Source of the DNA: Balanoglossus misakiensis
Lineage: Eukaryota > Animalia > Hemichordata
Direction: 5' to 3'
Length of the DNA stretch: 64,000 nucleotides
Assembly (NCBI GenBank): GCA_040954595.2
Contig: CM082577.2
Location: 3,243,703 to 3,307,702 of the forward strand
The position numbers were made by a program, and so were the translations under genes. The notes below the pieces were generated by a model. The model was not told the origin of the DNA. It searched no databases and worked only from the letters and a program-made list of their open reading frames with translations. This document shows, one piece after another, positions 1 through 12,200 of the stretch. Each line of letters begins with the position of its first letter. The first letter of the stretch is position 1.

Positions 1-168
1 TATTAGTTTTTTTTGCTGGCTGGCCAGTTGATGTTAGTACATGTAGTTAATTAGTACGTTCAAGAAAACCTATCTAGCTATCAAGCTAATCGTCATCAAT
101 CAATAAATTCATGAAGCGTACCTACCCTAATCCAGACGATTACGACATATTTCTTATTTCGACCATAG

Positions 169-914
169 ATCCAAAGATAACGTGCGTCTGCGACCCACCA
201 TGTAATCGAAAGGATTCCTGCAAGACACGGGGAGCCTGCTACACCAGTTATACGATGAACGGAAACGATGTCATGGTCATCAGAGGATGCGTCAAGTCGA
301 AGAAAGTAACTGGCATTTGCAACGGTCCAGGGATGATGGTAAGTTTGTGCCTGGAACAGTTTTAACGATTCCGCGATGTTTATGTCGACAGTTCTTTTAT
401 AGTCAAACGCAGACATTAAGCGCTTGAGAAACGTTTATGTAGGTCAAAGAACGCCTCAACATCCATTTGTTTCCCTCTTAAATTGACAAGCGTTTAATTA
501 TTTCGGCAAACCTTTGTGGGAAACAGTATAAACGTTATCGAATGACACTGCCAACGCACTCGTAGACGTCACGAGAATTAAAATTACCTTCTCTCGACCA
601 AAGCATGCGTTTGTTGTTTCTTTCCTCAGGACATCAGCTGCTGCTTTGACAGTATGTGCAACCAGACCCCGTCGGACGAGGACAGCTACTCATACTCCCA
701 ATACGACAACGCGTACGGCGGCGACGACGCCAACATCGGCGGTGGCGACAAAGGTGACGCCAACGTCGGCGTCAACGATGGCGGTAACGGTGATGGCAAC
801 GCTGGCGGTGGCGGTGGCGGTGACGGTGGCACCCACACCCGTGGACGTAGAAGTAGTAGTAGCAGCAGCAGCAGCAGTAGTAGCAGCAGTAGCTCCTCGT
901 CAGAAGAAAAATGA
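169..914 (+). CDS. Secreted type I TGF-beta/BMP-receptor-ectodomain-like (three-finger) protein, copy 1; 5' partial (signal exon expected upstream of the window)
   Basis: Exons 169-338 (AG 167-168, phase 1; GTAAGT at 339) and 630-914. Translation DPKITCVCDPPCNRKDSCKTRGACYTSYTMNGNDVMVIRGCVKSKKVTGICNGPGMM|DISCCFDSMCN, then an acidic Gly-rich tail, RGRR and S17-EEK. Ten Cys; same exon phases as copies 2-5; no hydrophobic TM or GPI segment. Confidence 0.85.
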
Positions 915-2049
915 AATACTGAGTCGAAGAGGTAGCAGAGATGACGGAAAGAATCAGAAATTGAGACATTTATATTAACCTAGAACCAATCTCTGCGGTG
1001 TATACCCTCATCGAAATATAGCAAGGATCGACCCCTGACCACGAGAGCATAGGCCTACCTTGAGATCTAACTTAGACTAGACTTCGCCCGGTCATGAAGT
1101 TAATAGTCATGGATATATATTTCTTATATAATCTGTATATACAGAAGTCATATAAACAGTAAATATTCTTGGGATGCGAGATTTGTGCTTATTACTTCGT
1201 TTCACACGGTCTGACCTATCTTATATTTTCTTCCGACATGAAATTTTTTAACCGACTCTTATACTTCAGGTTTAATACTCCCGGATTAACCCCAACGCCT
1301 CAATATGTTGTTTTAAGATCATAAGCATCACGACACGTGGCACGTTAAAATTGTAACAACATCAATCAGGATCATCTCCGGGCTTATTTACAACAATTGC
1401 TAACAACCGATAATGGAAGTTGGCGCACTTGATCTCTTCATTACATTAATTGAGCATTTCCTGAATGTATAGTTTGGTCAATTAGACATCTTTATCTGCA
1501 TTAAACGTGTCACTGCATGTATTCATAGTGCGATGGCGAAAATAGTTCAAGGAGAAAATTGAAATTGTAGTCATGCTTATCCTGTTCGTCAGTGTGAAAC
1601 TCTAAAAGAAGGACAAACAGACAGACAGAAAGACAGACAGAATTATATTTATTCCTACCCTCTTCTTTACTGAAGGTGTACTTACAGTATTCTGGAATTA
1701 ATACCATCGAGATTAACTACCATTGACAAAAAACAATGGTCACTCAAAATTCCTAACTTTCGAAATGTAATTCTGTCAAAGTGTTAACATGTCCATTTCC
1801 TCTATTTCACATTTTCCTGTACCCTTTCCCCGAAATCATTATGTTTCTCTCGCGAGCCTGAGGCACTTGCAATGATGTAATTTGAATAGGGAGTGACGCC
1901 CCCACGTTTACCTGCAAGGCATGCAGTGAGTGACCAGCTGGACATTCACTAACTCGGACTATTTGTTCGTGTGGCAGCGCTAAGTAAGGTAGTATTATAG
2001 TGCTATCCTCAGGAAATCTATTGGACCGTGAATCTGATTCTATGCGAGC

Positions 2050-2978
2050 ATGTCGAAGGTGGCGGTTTTTATGGTAGCCGTGCTCTTAGCAGTGATGGTG
2101 TCGGCGATCAAAGGTAGGTCATCTGTGTGCCACGATAAAGGAAAATCAAGTCTACACTTCGTTCTCTTTTCGCCGTTCACACGCAGAAACCGATGTATGT
2201 GGTCACTCGATTCTCTGCTGTTTTAGGCGCCGGTCAGACATGACATGACGGCCAATCCATGCATGCAAACTCTAGTCCAGAATAATCATGGTATACCTCT
2301 CTCTCTCCCCCTCTTAATCTCTCCGTCTCTCTCCCTCTCTCTCTCGCCTATTGTTTGCTTATCAGGTGACAGCATCCTCTTCCCAATTTCCGAGGAGGGA
2401 TCAGGGTTTGATGAACCTGTCAAAGTCTTATGTAAATGCAGTGTAGCCTGTGGCAGCAAGGATGTGTGCACAACCTTTGGTTCCTGTTTCACCAGCGGTC
2501 ACGGAGGCGGTAAATCAGTTCGAGGCTGTCTCAGTCCGAAGTCGGCTGGACGACTCTGTAACAATCCACTGACAACTTTAGTAAGTATACAAGCGATACG
2601 CGATTTTTGGAATGACGGCAGCATTACTGATATTATCAGTAACCTATGGAGGGAGGGGGGAGGGAGAGAGAGAGAGAGACAGAGACAGGCAGAGACAGAC
2701 AGACAGAGACAGACAGAGAGAGAGCTAACAAACGGACTGACAGACAGACAGACGGACGGACGGACGGACAGACAGACAGACACACAGACATACAAAGAAA
2801 TATTGGGTCAGTTTAATTTGAAATATATATAGATCGGGTATTGGCAAGAATTTGTGTTCGTTGGGTTTCCATATATCGCATTGAAGTTTTGCAATGATGA
2901 TTTTCTAATCAACGGACCGAATTATATTTTTGCCTGTAGGATGTGAGATGCTGTCGAAGTGACTTCTGTAATAAATGA
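2050..2978 (+). CDS. Secreted type I receptor-ectodomain-like (three-finger) protein, copy 2 (~105 aa)
   Basis: Exons 2050-2113 (signal peptide MSKVAVFMVAVLLAVMVSAIK), 2366-2580 (...VLCKCSVACGSKDVCTTFGSCFTSGHGGGKSVRGCLSPKSAGRLCNNPLTTL) and 2940-2978 (DVRCCRSDFCNK*). All introns GT-AG and the frame is preserved. Confidence 0.88.
2652..2790. repeat. Compound microsatellite (GA)n/(GACA)n/(GACG)n in intron 2 of copy 2
   Basis: Direct inspection: gagagagagagagacagagacaggcagagacagacagac...gacggacggacggacggacagacagacagac. Confidence 0.85.
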
Positions 2979-3657
2979 ATCTATGGTTCCGTCACTGACG
3001 TCTTCAGCCTTCGACGTCGCCCAAGAACATGAAGCTGATGTTTTGCGAATTTTATAATTTTGCAGAAAAAAATATGAAAATGTGGGCGGTCTGAATGTCC
3101 ATGATTCATATTATATAATAAACAAATTAAACAAATAGCTCATAACTCTACTCTGTCAAACTGGTAATTTGTAAAACATCAGTCTGAATAAAGGTGCTGA
3201 ACTGTATTTTACCATAAGCCTACCTGTGATTTTCCTTAAAAAAACTCCTGGATTCTCCGCTTGATTGCCAAATGACATGTTGCGCCACCAACGACGAAGA
3301 AATTAACTCATCCTGTTATTTGCATATAGAAAGCTGCACTACCAACAGTATGTCTACTCTGAAAGCAGCTCAGAGATTTTGCTGCCCTCAGGGAAGAATT
3401 GTAAAAAATACATATAGTCAAGGTTAGGACGAAATGAGATGAAAAAAACATTATTTCGATAATCGTTCGTGCTAATAAGGGACATTTCCGGGGAAATGTT
3501 CTCAATTGACTTTCTGAAAAAAAAATGTACGGTATCAGTTTCGTTCCATGAACTACGCAAGTATAAGACCACACAGCACAGAACCGCCACTGACAAAGAA
3601 TTTGTCGACGACAACGGAGGCAGTTTCATACTTTAGTGTTAGGCAGGAACTTTTGCA

Positions 3658-4663
3658 ATGAGGACGTTCGTGTTGTTGGCGGTTTTATTTTTCGTTGGAG
3701 CGGTTGACTCTGCTATAGACAGAAAAAGACGAGGTATGTTTGTTGGTTTCATCATCCTACCTTTCCTGACATTAAAACTGGCCGTTGACTGGCTAGTAGA
3801 TATGCAACGTTTTTTTTGGTCATTTCGTGTCCCAGTAGTAGTACGGTCATTTGGGAGATTCGCACTCGAGCCTATTATTAATTAGTTTTTTTTTTCGAAA
3901 TTAGTTTTTTTCGAAGTTTCAGTTTGCGTTTGAATCAACCATCACGGGACACCTTCATTTACATGTCTTGTCCGTCTAGAAATGGTAATTGTAGGGGACG
4001 TGCCTGTCTCGGTTACCTGTTCGTGTCATCCACCTTGCGATGGTAAAACAGAATGCCAGACCTTCGGATCGTGTTACACGTCATACGACGCCTTTTTCCA
4101 CATGTCGGCGGGCTGCAACAATGAAGCTGATACTAGACACTGCAAATATATGATGGTGAGTACTATCGATGCACAAGCGGGACAATTTCTTATATAGTCA
4201 TGCATTCATCAAAATGTTGAATCGGGGAACATAGACTTTTGGCAATGGTATGCCGTGTTATGCCAATTTCCTATGTCGTTTTCCGGGCAATGCTAAACCT
4301 GCGGCGTGATTGAGAGAAATTGGCTGAATTTTGTTATTCAAGACACAACGCCACAACCTAGCCATATCCTGCAGGAAGTGTAGACCAGAACTAGAATTAG
4401 AACCCACGTATCTGTTGTTACCAGCAAACACGCATGCGCACTTTACAGGCGACATAGTCTCGATGTCACTGCCACTGTCAGCTTCGGTGCTCGTATCGTG
4501 GTACACGATATAAAATCAGATACAATACTAATGCTACCCGTATTTTCCTTTGTCAAACCCCCAGGACAATCACTGCTGTTTCACGGACTACTGCAATTAT
4601 GTAGCACCGCACGAAGAAAACCAGTACCCTGGTAACCTCCGCCCTCCCGAGCCTTATGAATGA
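3658..4663 (+). CDS. Secreted type I receptor-ectodomain-like (three-finger) protein, copy 3 (~116 aa)
   Basis: Exons 3658-3733 (MRTFVLLAVLFFVGAVDSAIDRKRR), 3980-4155 (alternative in-frame exon start 3995; VTCSCHPPCDGKTECQTFGSCYTSYDAFFHMSAGCNNEADTRHCKYMM) and 4565-4663 (DNHCCFTDYCNYVAPHEENQYPGNLRPPEPYE*). Confidence 0.88.
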
Positions 4664-6232
4664 AAAGTCAGAGTCAGACACAGTGAGACATTCATTTAGG
4701 TAAGGGAAAATCGTGAAGTTCATTCAAACATCGAAACCATCAGAATACTTGCATCTGAAATTGTTGGAGTGCCTGTAGAATTGATATGCAATATTTTATG
4801 TATTGTCCGACAATCTGACAAAAAGTCTCTCACAGAAGTTGAATCCATTAATAATTTCGAATTTTCATATCGACCTCCGAAGGCGGCGGAGTTCGAGCAT
4901 AGCTGCATACAATGTAACTATTGTTTTTGACATTTCAGTTGAACACGTGACCTGCAAGTACTTGGACTTAGTGCACCCAAACAACTTCTGGTAAAGGAGA
5001 AAACTTGAAAAATAATCTTGTTTATTTGTTTCATATTTTATTGTTCCACTGTTATTTCCAAATATCGAGCTAATAAAATTCAGCAAAACGTTACCCACAG
5101 CTTGTCCGTTATTTTCAACTCGATAGACAGTTGGGGCAAATGAATCTTCTTACGCAGAAATATCTCGTCTTACAAAAAACATGAAGTACATGTGTATATT
5201 CATCATTGCGTTCGCCACGCCACTCCAAGCAATCTTGCTCAACATGGCACAAACTTTGGGCAGTATCAATTACTCATATTTTGGAGATGAATCTCACTTA
5301 TTTCAAAGCATCCTGACTCACACTCGTCAAATTTCCTCTGTAATGATCCAAAGTTGGCATCGTGACTGCAAATTGTAGTTTAATTGTCGTAGTCCTGTTG
5401 TCCGCCACCATAAATTGTCTAATTATATGATCTCTTCTATCAAAACGGCCGATCATACCCATCCATATTCCACTAGGGAAAAAATTAGGCGGGAATAATC
5501 GATCTCGGATGCCTGCTGCACTCTCATCTAGGGTCGCTGTATTGGCACCGAGCTAAGACTGCTGGTGTAGAATTGAGCATGTGCGGCGTAATGAAATAAA
5601 ATTGCAAGTCGATTAGTTTTTGGGTAAAAAGACTCTATATCATTATCCACTGAGAAAACCTGCGGCGTCATGCATCCGATCCGCATCTTAACGTGCAGCA
5701 GGGCTCGTCAAATTTGTCGACCGTGTGTGTAATCCGTTTACAGATGACGCCCCCAACGGTAAAAACCGGAGAAACGTTTATCGTTCCTCGATTGGTCACC
5801 AACTTTATATCCCATAATTAGGAACTGCTGTGAAGTAAGTTTTTTTGGTATCCGTAGAGTTTCTGATCCAATCGCTTGATTCGAACCATCGGATATTAAC
5901 ACAATCTTCAATATCTTCAAATCTGACGAAAGACCTCTTAGTGGGAACAGAATACTGCGCAACAAAATCTTTGGCCCACTTTACAGCATGGTACAAATAG
6001 ACAACCTGGAGTATGCGAAATTAAGACTTACTAAAGATGACTGATTAAGGTCAAAAGATCAGGAAATTTAACACATTAATTTAGGAATGATTCTGAAACA
6101 CTTTGAGCAGTCTATTATGTTTCCTGTACAAATAAACATAAGTTGCAATATCAGTTTCGAGCCATTCGTATCACACTCACATAATATCCAAACTTTTATG
6201 CGGTGCAGTTCGTTCTGTATACGCATTTCACA

Positions 6233-7012
6233 ATGAAGACGTTTGTGTATTTGGCGACTTTGTTGGTTGTTGGAACGGTTCGTGCAGGTTAGTGTTTTTA
6301 TTTATACTGACCTTAATGCTGTAGATTAATTGTAAAATATATTTTTCTCCTCTACGTTTACCCCGCGTTCATTTTACTTCCACCTTTTCCCACGTTCTCA
6401 CATGCTAACCGCCATTTAAATATATTCTGAAAATACTGTCCAGTTTCAGGGGTCGAGACTGTGTCCGTCACGTGTTTCTGTTACCCGCCCTGCGACGGTA
6501 GTGCAACATGCCACACCACTGGATCGTGCTTTTCAACCACTTCCGGCGATTTCTCCCAAGTATATGCGGGATGCAACGACGAAGCGGCCACCGGAAGGTG
6601 CGCGGGCGCTCAGGTTAGTAATCGCAATACGCAAGCTCGGAAACATTTCATATACGTCCGCTCCAACCGTCGTAAACCGCGACCGCTTTACGGCAACGGT
6701 TTCTGCGTTGCCGTGGAGCTGGGGTAGATGACTCTGGCCCGCGCGAATGACCGCTCCATCAACTATAGAATGTTTGCATTTGAAGAATAAGATATAGACA
6801 ATAATGAATGTTTTGATCAATTTCTGTCGTTTTTCTGTACATACAATTTATCTTAGGACGCGAAATGTTGTTTCGTGGACTACTGCAACGACCCTTTCGC
6901 TACCGGCTGGCCTATAGGCGCAGGACCACCCGTGGGCCCGAAGCCGCTGCCGTGTGAAGATGAAGATCTCGACCCGGGGGATGGTGGGCAAATAGGGCCG
7001 ATTGGATTTTGA
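6233..7012 (+). CDS. Secreted type I receptor-ectodomain-like (three-finger) protein, copy 4 (~126 aa)
   Basis: Exons 6233-6287 (MKTFVYLATLLVVGTVRA), 6444 (or 6450)-6613 (VTCFCYPPCDGSATCHTTGSCFSTTSGDFSQVYAGCNDEAATGRCAGAQ) and 6857-7012 (DAKCCFVDYCNDPFATGWPIGAGPPVGPKPLPCEDEDLDPGDGGQIGPIGF*). By eye most similar to copy 3. Confidence 0.88.
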
Positions 7013-8063
7013 ATTCACAAGACAAAGCGAAACATTCCGACACGGCGAGTTTTATTATGAACGATATGTATTCGCAACACTTGAGCTGTAGTATTGTTGT
7101 ATGAAATTCACTGGAATTATACTCTAATCTTTGGGAAATTTGCAATCCCTTCTTCAGACATTCTTCTTTGTTCTACTGCTTGCATATTAGATATTGCAAA
7201 ACATCTGGTGTAATGAGGGTAATGCTCTAGATGTTGATGAAATGGTACGCTTAGTTACCCTTTGCATGTTTCAGGTAGTAGAACAAAAAAAACTCTGTAT
7301 GACGCACAGAATAATAAAATATGCAAATATACACTGAATATGCTCACCTCGTTTGACGTTTTAAGATTAAAAAATGACCACCCTTGGACCATACGGCTTA
7401 ATCAAACATGCAGTGTAACAAAATGGGCCAACAGGGTGAGTACGTGCAGTTCTCAGACAAAACCATATACACAGGCGTGAGAACAGGATTCACTTATATA
7501 TGAACTAAAGTTTGCGAGTGGGAATATAGCATTTTAATAATTTTAATAGTTAGACGTTGAATTGTATTCAATTTAAAGGAATCTCCGCCGTAAAGTGTGA
7601 CATAGAGACGATGTATAGACGAGTCTTGCCCTACGGACAGCTCCGTCCCTGATATGATGAAAAGAGGAACCGAGGGTTCGTGACGTCTAAGAAATCGTCT
7701 TGTTATGCGATGGCTCACCCGCAAACTTCTCGTGTGCATTCATACCCGCGTCGGATTTCGCCCACACTGTGTTTTTCCAGTGTCAGGAAATTGAAAAACA
7801 AACATGATACCTCCTAATGATCATGTGTAATCATGCCAATTAATACTGTTTGCTGTACGCCTCATTTTGTCCCTGACAAGCTAGTACATACAGATAGAAA
7901 ACTGCATAGTACGGTATAGTACACGTATACCCCACGATGCATGCAGGACAGCGACGATTACTCGCTTTGTAGAACTCATTTTATTTGAACGCAATTATTC
8001 CAAAATAGTTCCAATCGTCGTGTTAATTTTTTTCGGTGATTATCGTAATTGGTAGTAAATTGG

Positions 8064-8070
8064 TATAAAA
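8064..8070 (+). promoter_or_regulatory. Candidate TATA box of copy 5
   Basis: TATAAAA about 180 bp upstream of the ATG at 8247. Motif match only. Confidence 0.35.
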
Positions 8071-8246
8071 CATTGTCTTCCGCCTCCGTGGTGTCATGAA
8101 ACAGCTTGGTTCGCCGCACCATCAATCACCTGTCGTTCGTCAGCGGATGCTTCAGCACCGACACCAGTGGCCGGACACAGAACAAGGACCAGAAAACCAC
8201 GAACGGAAAATCACTGACATTTTCTTTCGATAACACAGCCCTTAAA

Positions 8247-9243
8247 ATGATACCCATAACTTGTTTGTTGGTCGTGTTGATGTTGAACGGCGTGGTTGCA
8301 AAACCACAACCCCCGCCACCACCGGGACCACCATCATCGTCGTCATCAGAATACGACAGCGGTGAGTAGAAGGCTTCTCCAGAGTGGGATTATAGGTCTA
8401 TTTTCTATAGTATTGTCTCTGGGGTCTACTACCCCACAGTCTACTTACAAGCGCAAATTTCTGTCAAACTTTCTTCCAATTTTCCAACTAATTGTTATAC
8501 GTGATAGAATGTCATTTTCCACAATATTGAAACTCCTAACTGAAATAGTAGCATGGGAACGCCCTGTTTTCTCTCTATTTTTGTTTTTACCATTCATTGA
8601 TAAACTATATACATGTATATACATGTATATAAAATCAGGAAAGTGACAATATTCTACCTTTTGAGTAGCCCACTACCTTAAAGTATGCATGTCAGATTAA
8701 CCAGACACCAACATTTATTTTGTCATGGTCTAAACGCATGGATACATCTGCATTGAATCTACAGCATCCGAAAGCGATTTTTCTTACCGCCCGCCTCCTT
8801 CTTCGAGTTATTCCGAAGGTTTTGAGCCCATCGAGCCGGCCAAGGTGGTGTGCAAGTGCAACCCACCGTGCGGGGAGAACTACGACCAGAAAGAGTGCGT
8901 CACCTTCGGGTCGTGCTACGCCAGCGTTCACGGTGGCCGTCGGACATTCCTCGGCTGCAACGACGAGATCACTACCACGCATGTCTGCAATTTGCCCATG
9001 CTGATGGTAAGCAATTTGTCGTGCGCGCGACACAAACATGGTCCCGCACAAATGAAAGCGCCGGACATGATCTGAAAATTTCAACTTTAGTTTTTTTTCT
9101 TATGTTTCATGAAAACAAAATCGCTCTTTTCGTTTCAGGATTTCGACTGCTGCAATACCGATTTCTGCAATGATTTGTTCATTCCGGAATCATCATATAG
9201 CTCTGAATCGGAATCCGATTACTACTACGTATCTGAAAAATAA
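8247..9243 (+). CDS. Secreted type I receptor-ectodomain-like (three-finger) protein, copy 5 (~153 aa)
   Basis: Exons 8247-8361 (MIPITCLLVVLMLNGVVAKPQPPPPPGPPSSSSSEYDS), 8765-9006 (...VVCKCNPPCGENYDQKECVTFGSCYASVHGGRRTFLGCNDEITTTHVCNLPMLM) and 9139-9243 (DFDCCNTDFCNDLFIPESSYSSESESDYYYVSEK*). Confidence 0.88.
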
Positions 9244-12200
9244 TCCTAATCTGAAGACAGAAATCTGGCACACGAACGATCTGAGTGAGTATCTCTCGAT
9301 GGTAACGCAGGTTTGCTTCGGAATCAAGGTGGCGCTATATGTTACCTGCACATTCAAATTTATTTTTTACTCTCTTCGTTTCAGATTATCCCTTTCTAAA
9401 GACCGGTATCTATCCATGTCCAGAATGAAGGTCTTAATCGCCTGAAATTTCATCATTTCTTCAAGTGTCCCCGTCTATGACAGTTAGATAGGATCATGAT
9501 GGCGTGACTTATTTTTTCTTCCATTTACGATTAATTCTGTTATTCTTTTATTAAACGTTCATGCCTATATCCGCTGGGTCTCTTTATCAATTTCACATTT
9601 ATTATCCTAATAACGGGTAATTCACTCCATAAATGTAAAGCAATTGTTCGACAATTACAACCAGTCGTACCAGGGACTACGCATGCTCAGTGAAGAAATA
9701 AGCTTTTCAGTCCCTTCTTATAAAAGAACAAAGATTCTCCTCGGTCAGCATTTTTACAGTCTAGGAATCCTAATGACGTCATTTTACGAAAAATAATCAA
9801 GATAAAAAGCACATATCCTCTATAGTGTTTCACAGATGTGTAAAATATGTAAATATTAATGCCAGAATTCCATTGTCGTCAGTCTGTAATCGAAAATTAG
9901 ATTCCATATCCGCCGATGATAAAAGACATCAGATTGATTTTCGTAATTACATTTCAATCCCGGTTTTCGTTTATTGTACGTCCGGTGCCATTACTCAGAC
10001 GAGACCGCGGAGACAGGGGATTTATCACCACATCTGAGAGCAGAAGTAGTCATGTCTCAATATGCAAATAGCAATACGTACTCGATCAGTCTATAGAGTC
10101 TGTTCTTGGTTCACGTGAAAACATCACTGACTATGATGATACATTGCCATCACAAACTACTTGTTGAGAAACACGATAAATCCCCTTTTCTTTGTTTTAT
10201 TACACATACATAAAGGTCGCTTGAAGTCAGACTGGAAATAAATCCGCTTGAAGGCAAATACACCTGGCGATCATTTATCACATGTCTTTTCAAAAAAAGT
10301 ACATGTAGTGATAATTCATATCAGGGAGGATTTGAGTCCAACATATAATTTCATCTCGAAGCAGCTGAGTCGTAAATTATGTCCTTGCACATCGCCGGCG
10401 CTTAACCAAATTGCACGATCCAGAACTAGAATATTTAATTACCGCTGAAATGTCAACTGATCATGAGCTGTAGAATTTTTACTCACTCAAATACACAGTC
10501 AATTAAAATATTGTGATTTCATTCCTAGCATGACATAAAAAATATTTGGGTGGGGACTGCAAGTCAACAGAAAGTGCGCCACCATGCAGTAGTTCCGGAA
10601 TTCACCCAAAAGCCGCCGGTCCTGGACTTGATCACAGTCCCTGATGAAGGCTCTTCTGTAAGAACGGCGAGACATTTCCAGAGTATCGAAGCAATTGTTA
10701 ACCCTCGGGAACGATGACATCTCCCATCGTAAGGCTTAAGGAGTTTCATGTAATTTGACGGCCACATGGACAATAATCAATACCATTGTGACAATCATTT
10801 GGCAATTTAGATCAGGCAGGAAAAATTCCGATTTCCATAATCCTTTCGACTACTTGGATAACTAGATAGTTCGCTGTCCGCGTCTCCAGAATAATTTCTA
10901 TTTATTCCCGAATCGCTTCTTTTCATACACAAAATAGTCTTCACGCATATTTAACAACTAGGAAAAATACCTGCAAATGTCGAAGTGTCTTGTTAATGTT
11001 GGGCTGCAATCATATGGCATCCATATATTTAGCATACATTATAAAGCGACCAATCAGAGACGCGCTCTTGAGCCAGAGCTTTATCGACATGTGCAGCCTG
11101 TGAGAACTTTCGCAAAGCCTAGTCACAAATCGTTCAATACAATGTCGTGAAGCCTAATGCATACCTTCTATGTTTCATTCGGTGACAATAATAAAGCATT
11201 CGTCACTGCTTGATAAATACGGCTTCTCTGAAAACCCGTTAAGTAGACTATCTGATGCTGTGAACTGCAAAACTCAAAGTCACCTATAAATGGTCGTACA
11301 CATTTCACAAGTCACGACAGAATTGACTTGTCACGGAGAAAGTCTTTAAGCTAATCAATGGCGATTTAATGGATAAGATCGCTGAAAGCGCCACGATAAT
11401 GACTTGCGATAAAAGGAGACTAGGTTGTGATGACCTGCGCCGGGTTCGGCTTAAATCGACACAATGATGAATCTCTGATGCATATCATGATGACGTCAGC
11501 CGCTCGCTACATGCTTGGACTTAACTTCGCGACAGCTGTCACGTGTCTTTGCCAGTCCGGGGAAAGCGGGGGGGGGGGCAATCATGCGCACTGCCCACAT
11601 TTCACAGGTACATGGAAATTTGTAGATTTCTCACTACTCGCGGATTGACTGTGGCTCTGGCAATTCCAAGTCCATGGGGGTCCCGTCATTCTCAAATTTG
11701 AGAGAATTTATTTGAATACAATGCGCTTGATCATCCTACAAATATCTATAATTGCATTCGATTCTATCAAAGAATGGAAGTATTTTAGCAGTACTAATTT
11801 GTCATTTTTATTGATTACGGCGTCCATTAATTAATTTTCACCTGGTCAACATTGGCGCCGTGCATGTTGCTTTAATGAAAGACAAACGAGCGATGGATTG
11901 AAGCATTAATTATTCCTAGGCATCGAATCCCGGGGCTGCAAATGCACGTCTGATAAACGAACTGGCGCCATCAATAAAATGCAAGGGACAGCAGCAGAAG
12001 TAAAAAGTATGCCTCGAGATGAGCATCTGCGCGTCTCTCGCGACTTATGAATAATGCATGTTGCATTAAATTTGCAAGATGACACGATCGGGGCTTATTT
12101 GACATTCTGCCTTGGACGAGGTGCGGCATGCACGGAAATTAATCTAATCAGTCGTATAACGACAGGCAAATCAAGTTTGTTTACAAAGCAACGGTTTGAT

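Noticed and set aside
646-978. Alternative-frame Thr/Ala/Val-rich ORF and antisense Cys/Tyr-rich ORF
   Set aside because: Shadow frames of the low-complexity last exon of copy 1. Only the CC..CN frame matches the paralogs.
169-9243. Reading the five cysteine domains as one multi-domain protein or a full receptor kinase
   Set aside because: Each unit has its own in-frame stop, copies 2-5 have their own signal-peptide exon, and no TM, GS-box or kinase exons were found in the window.
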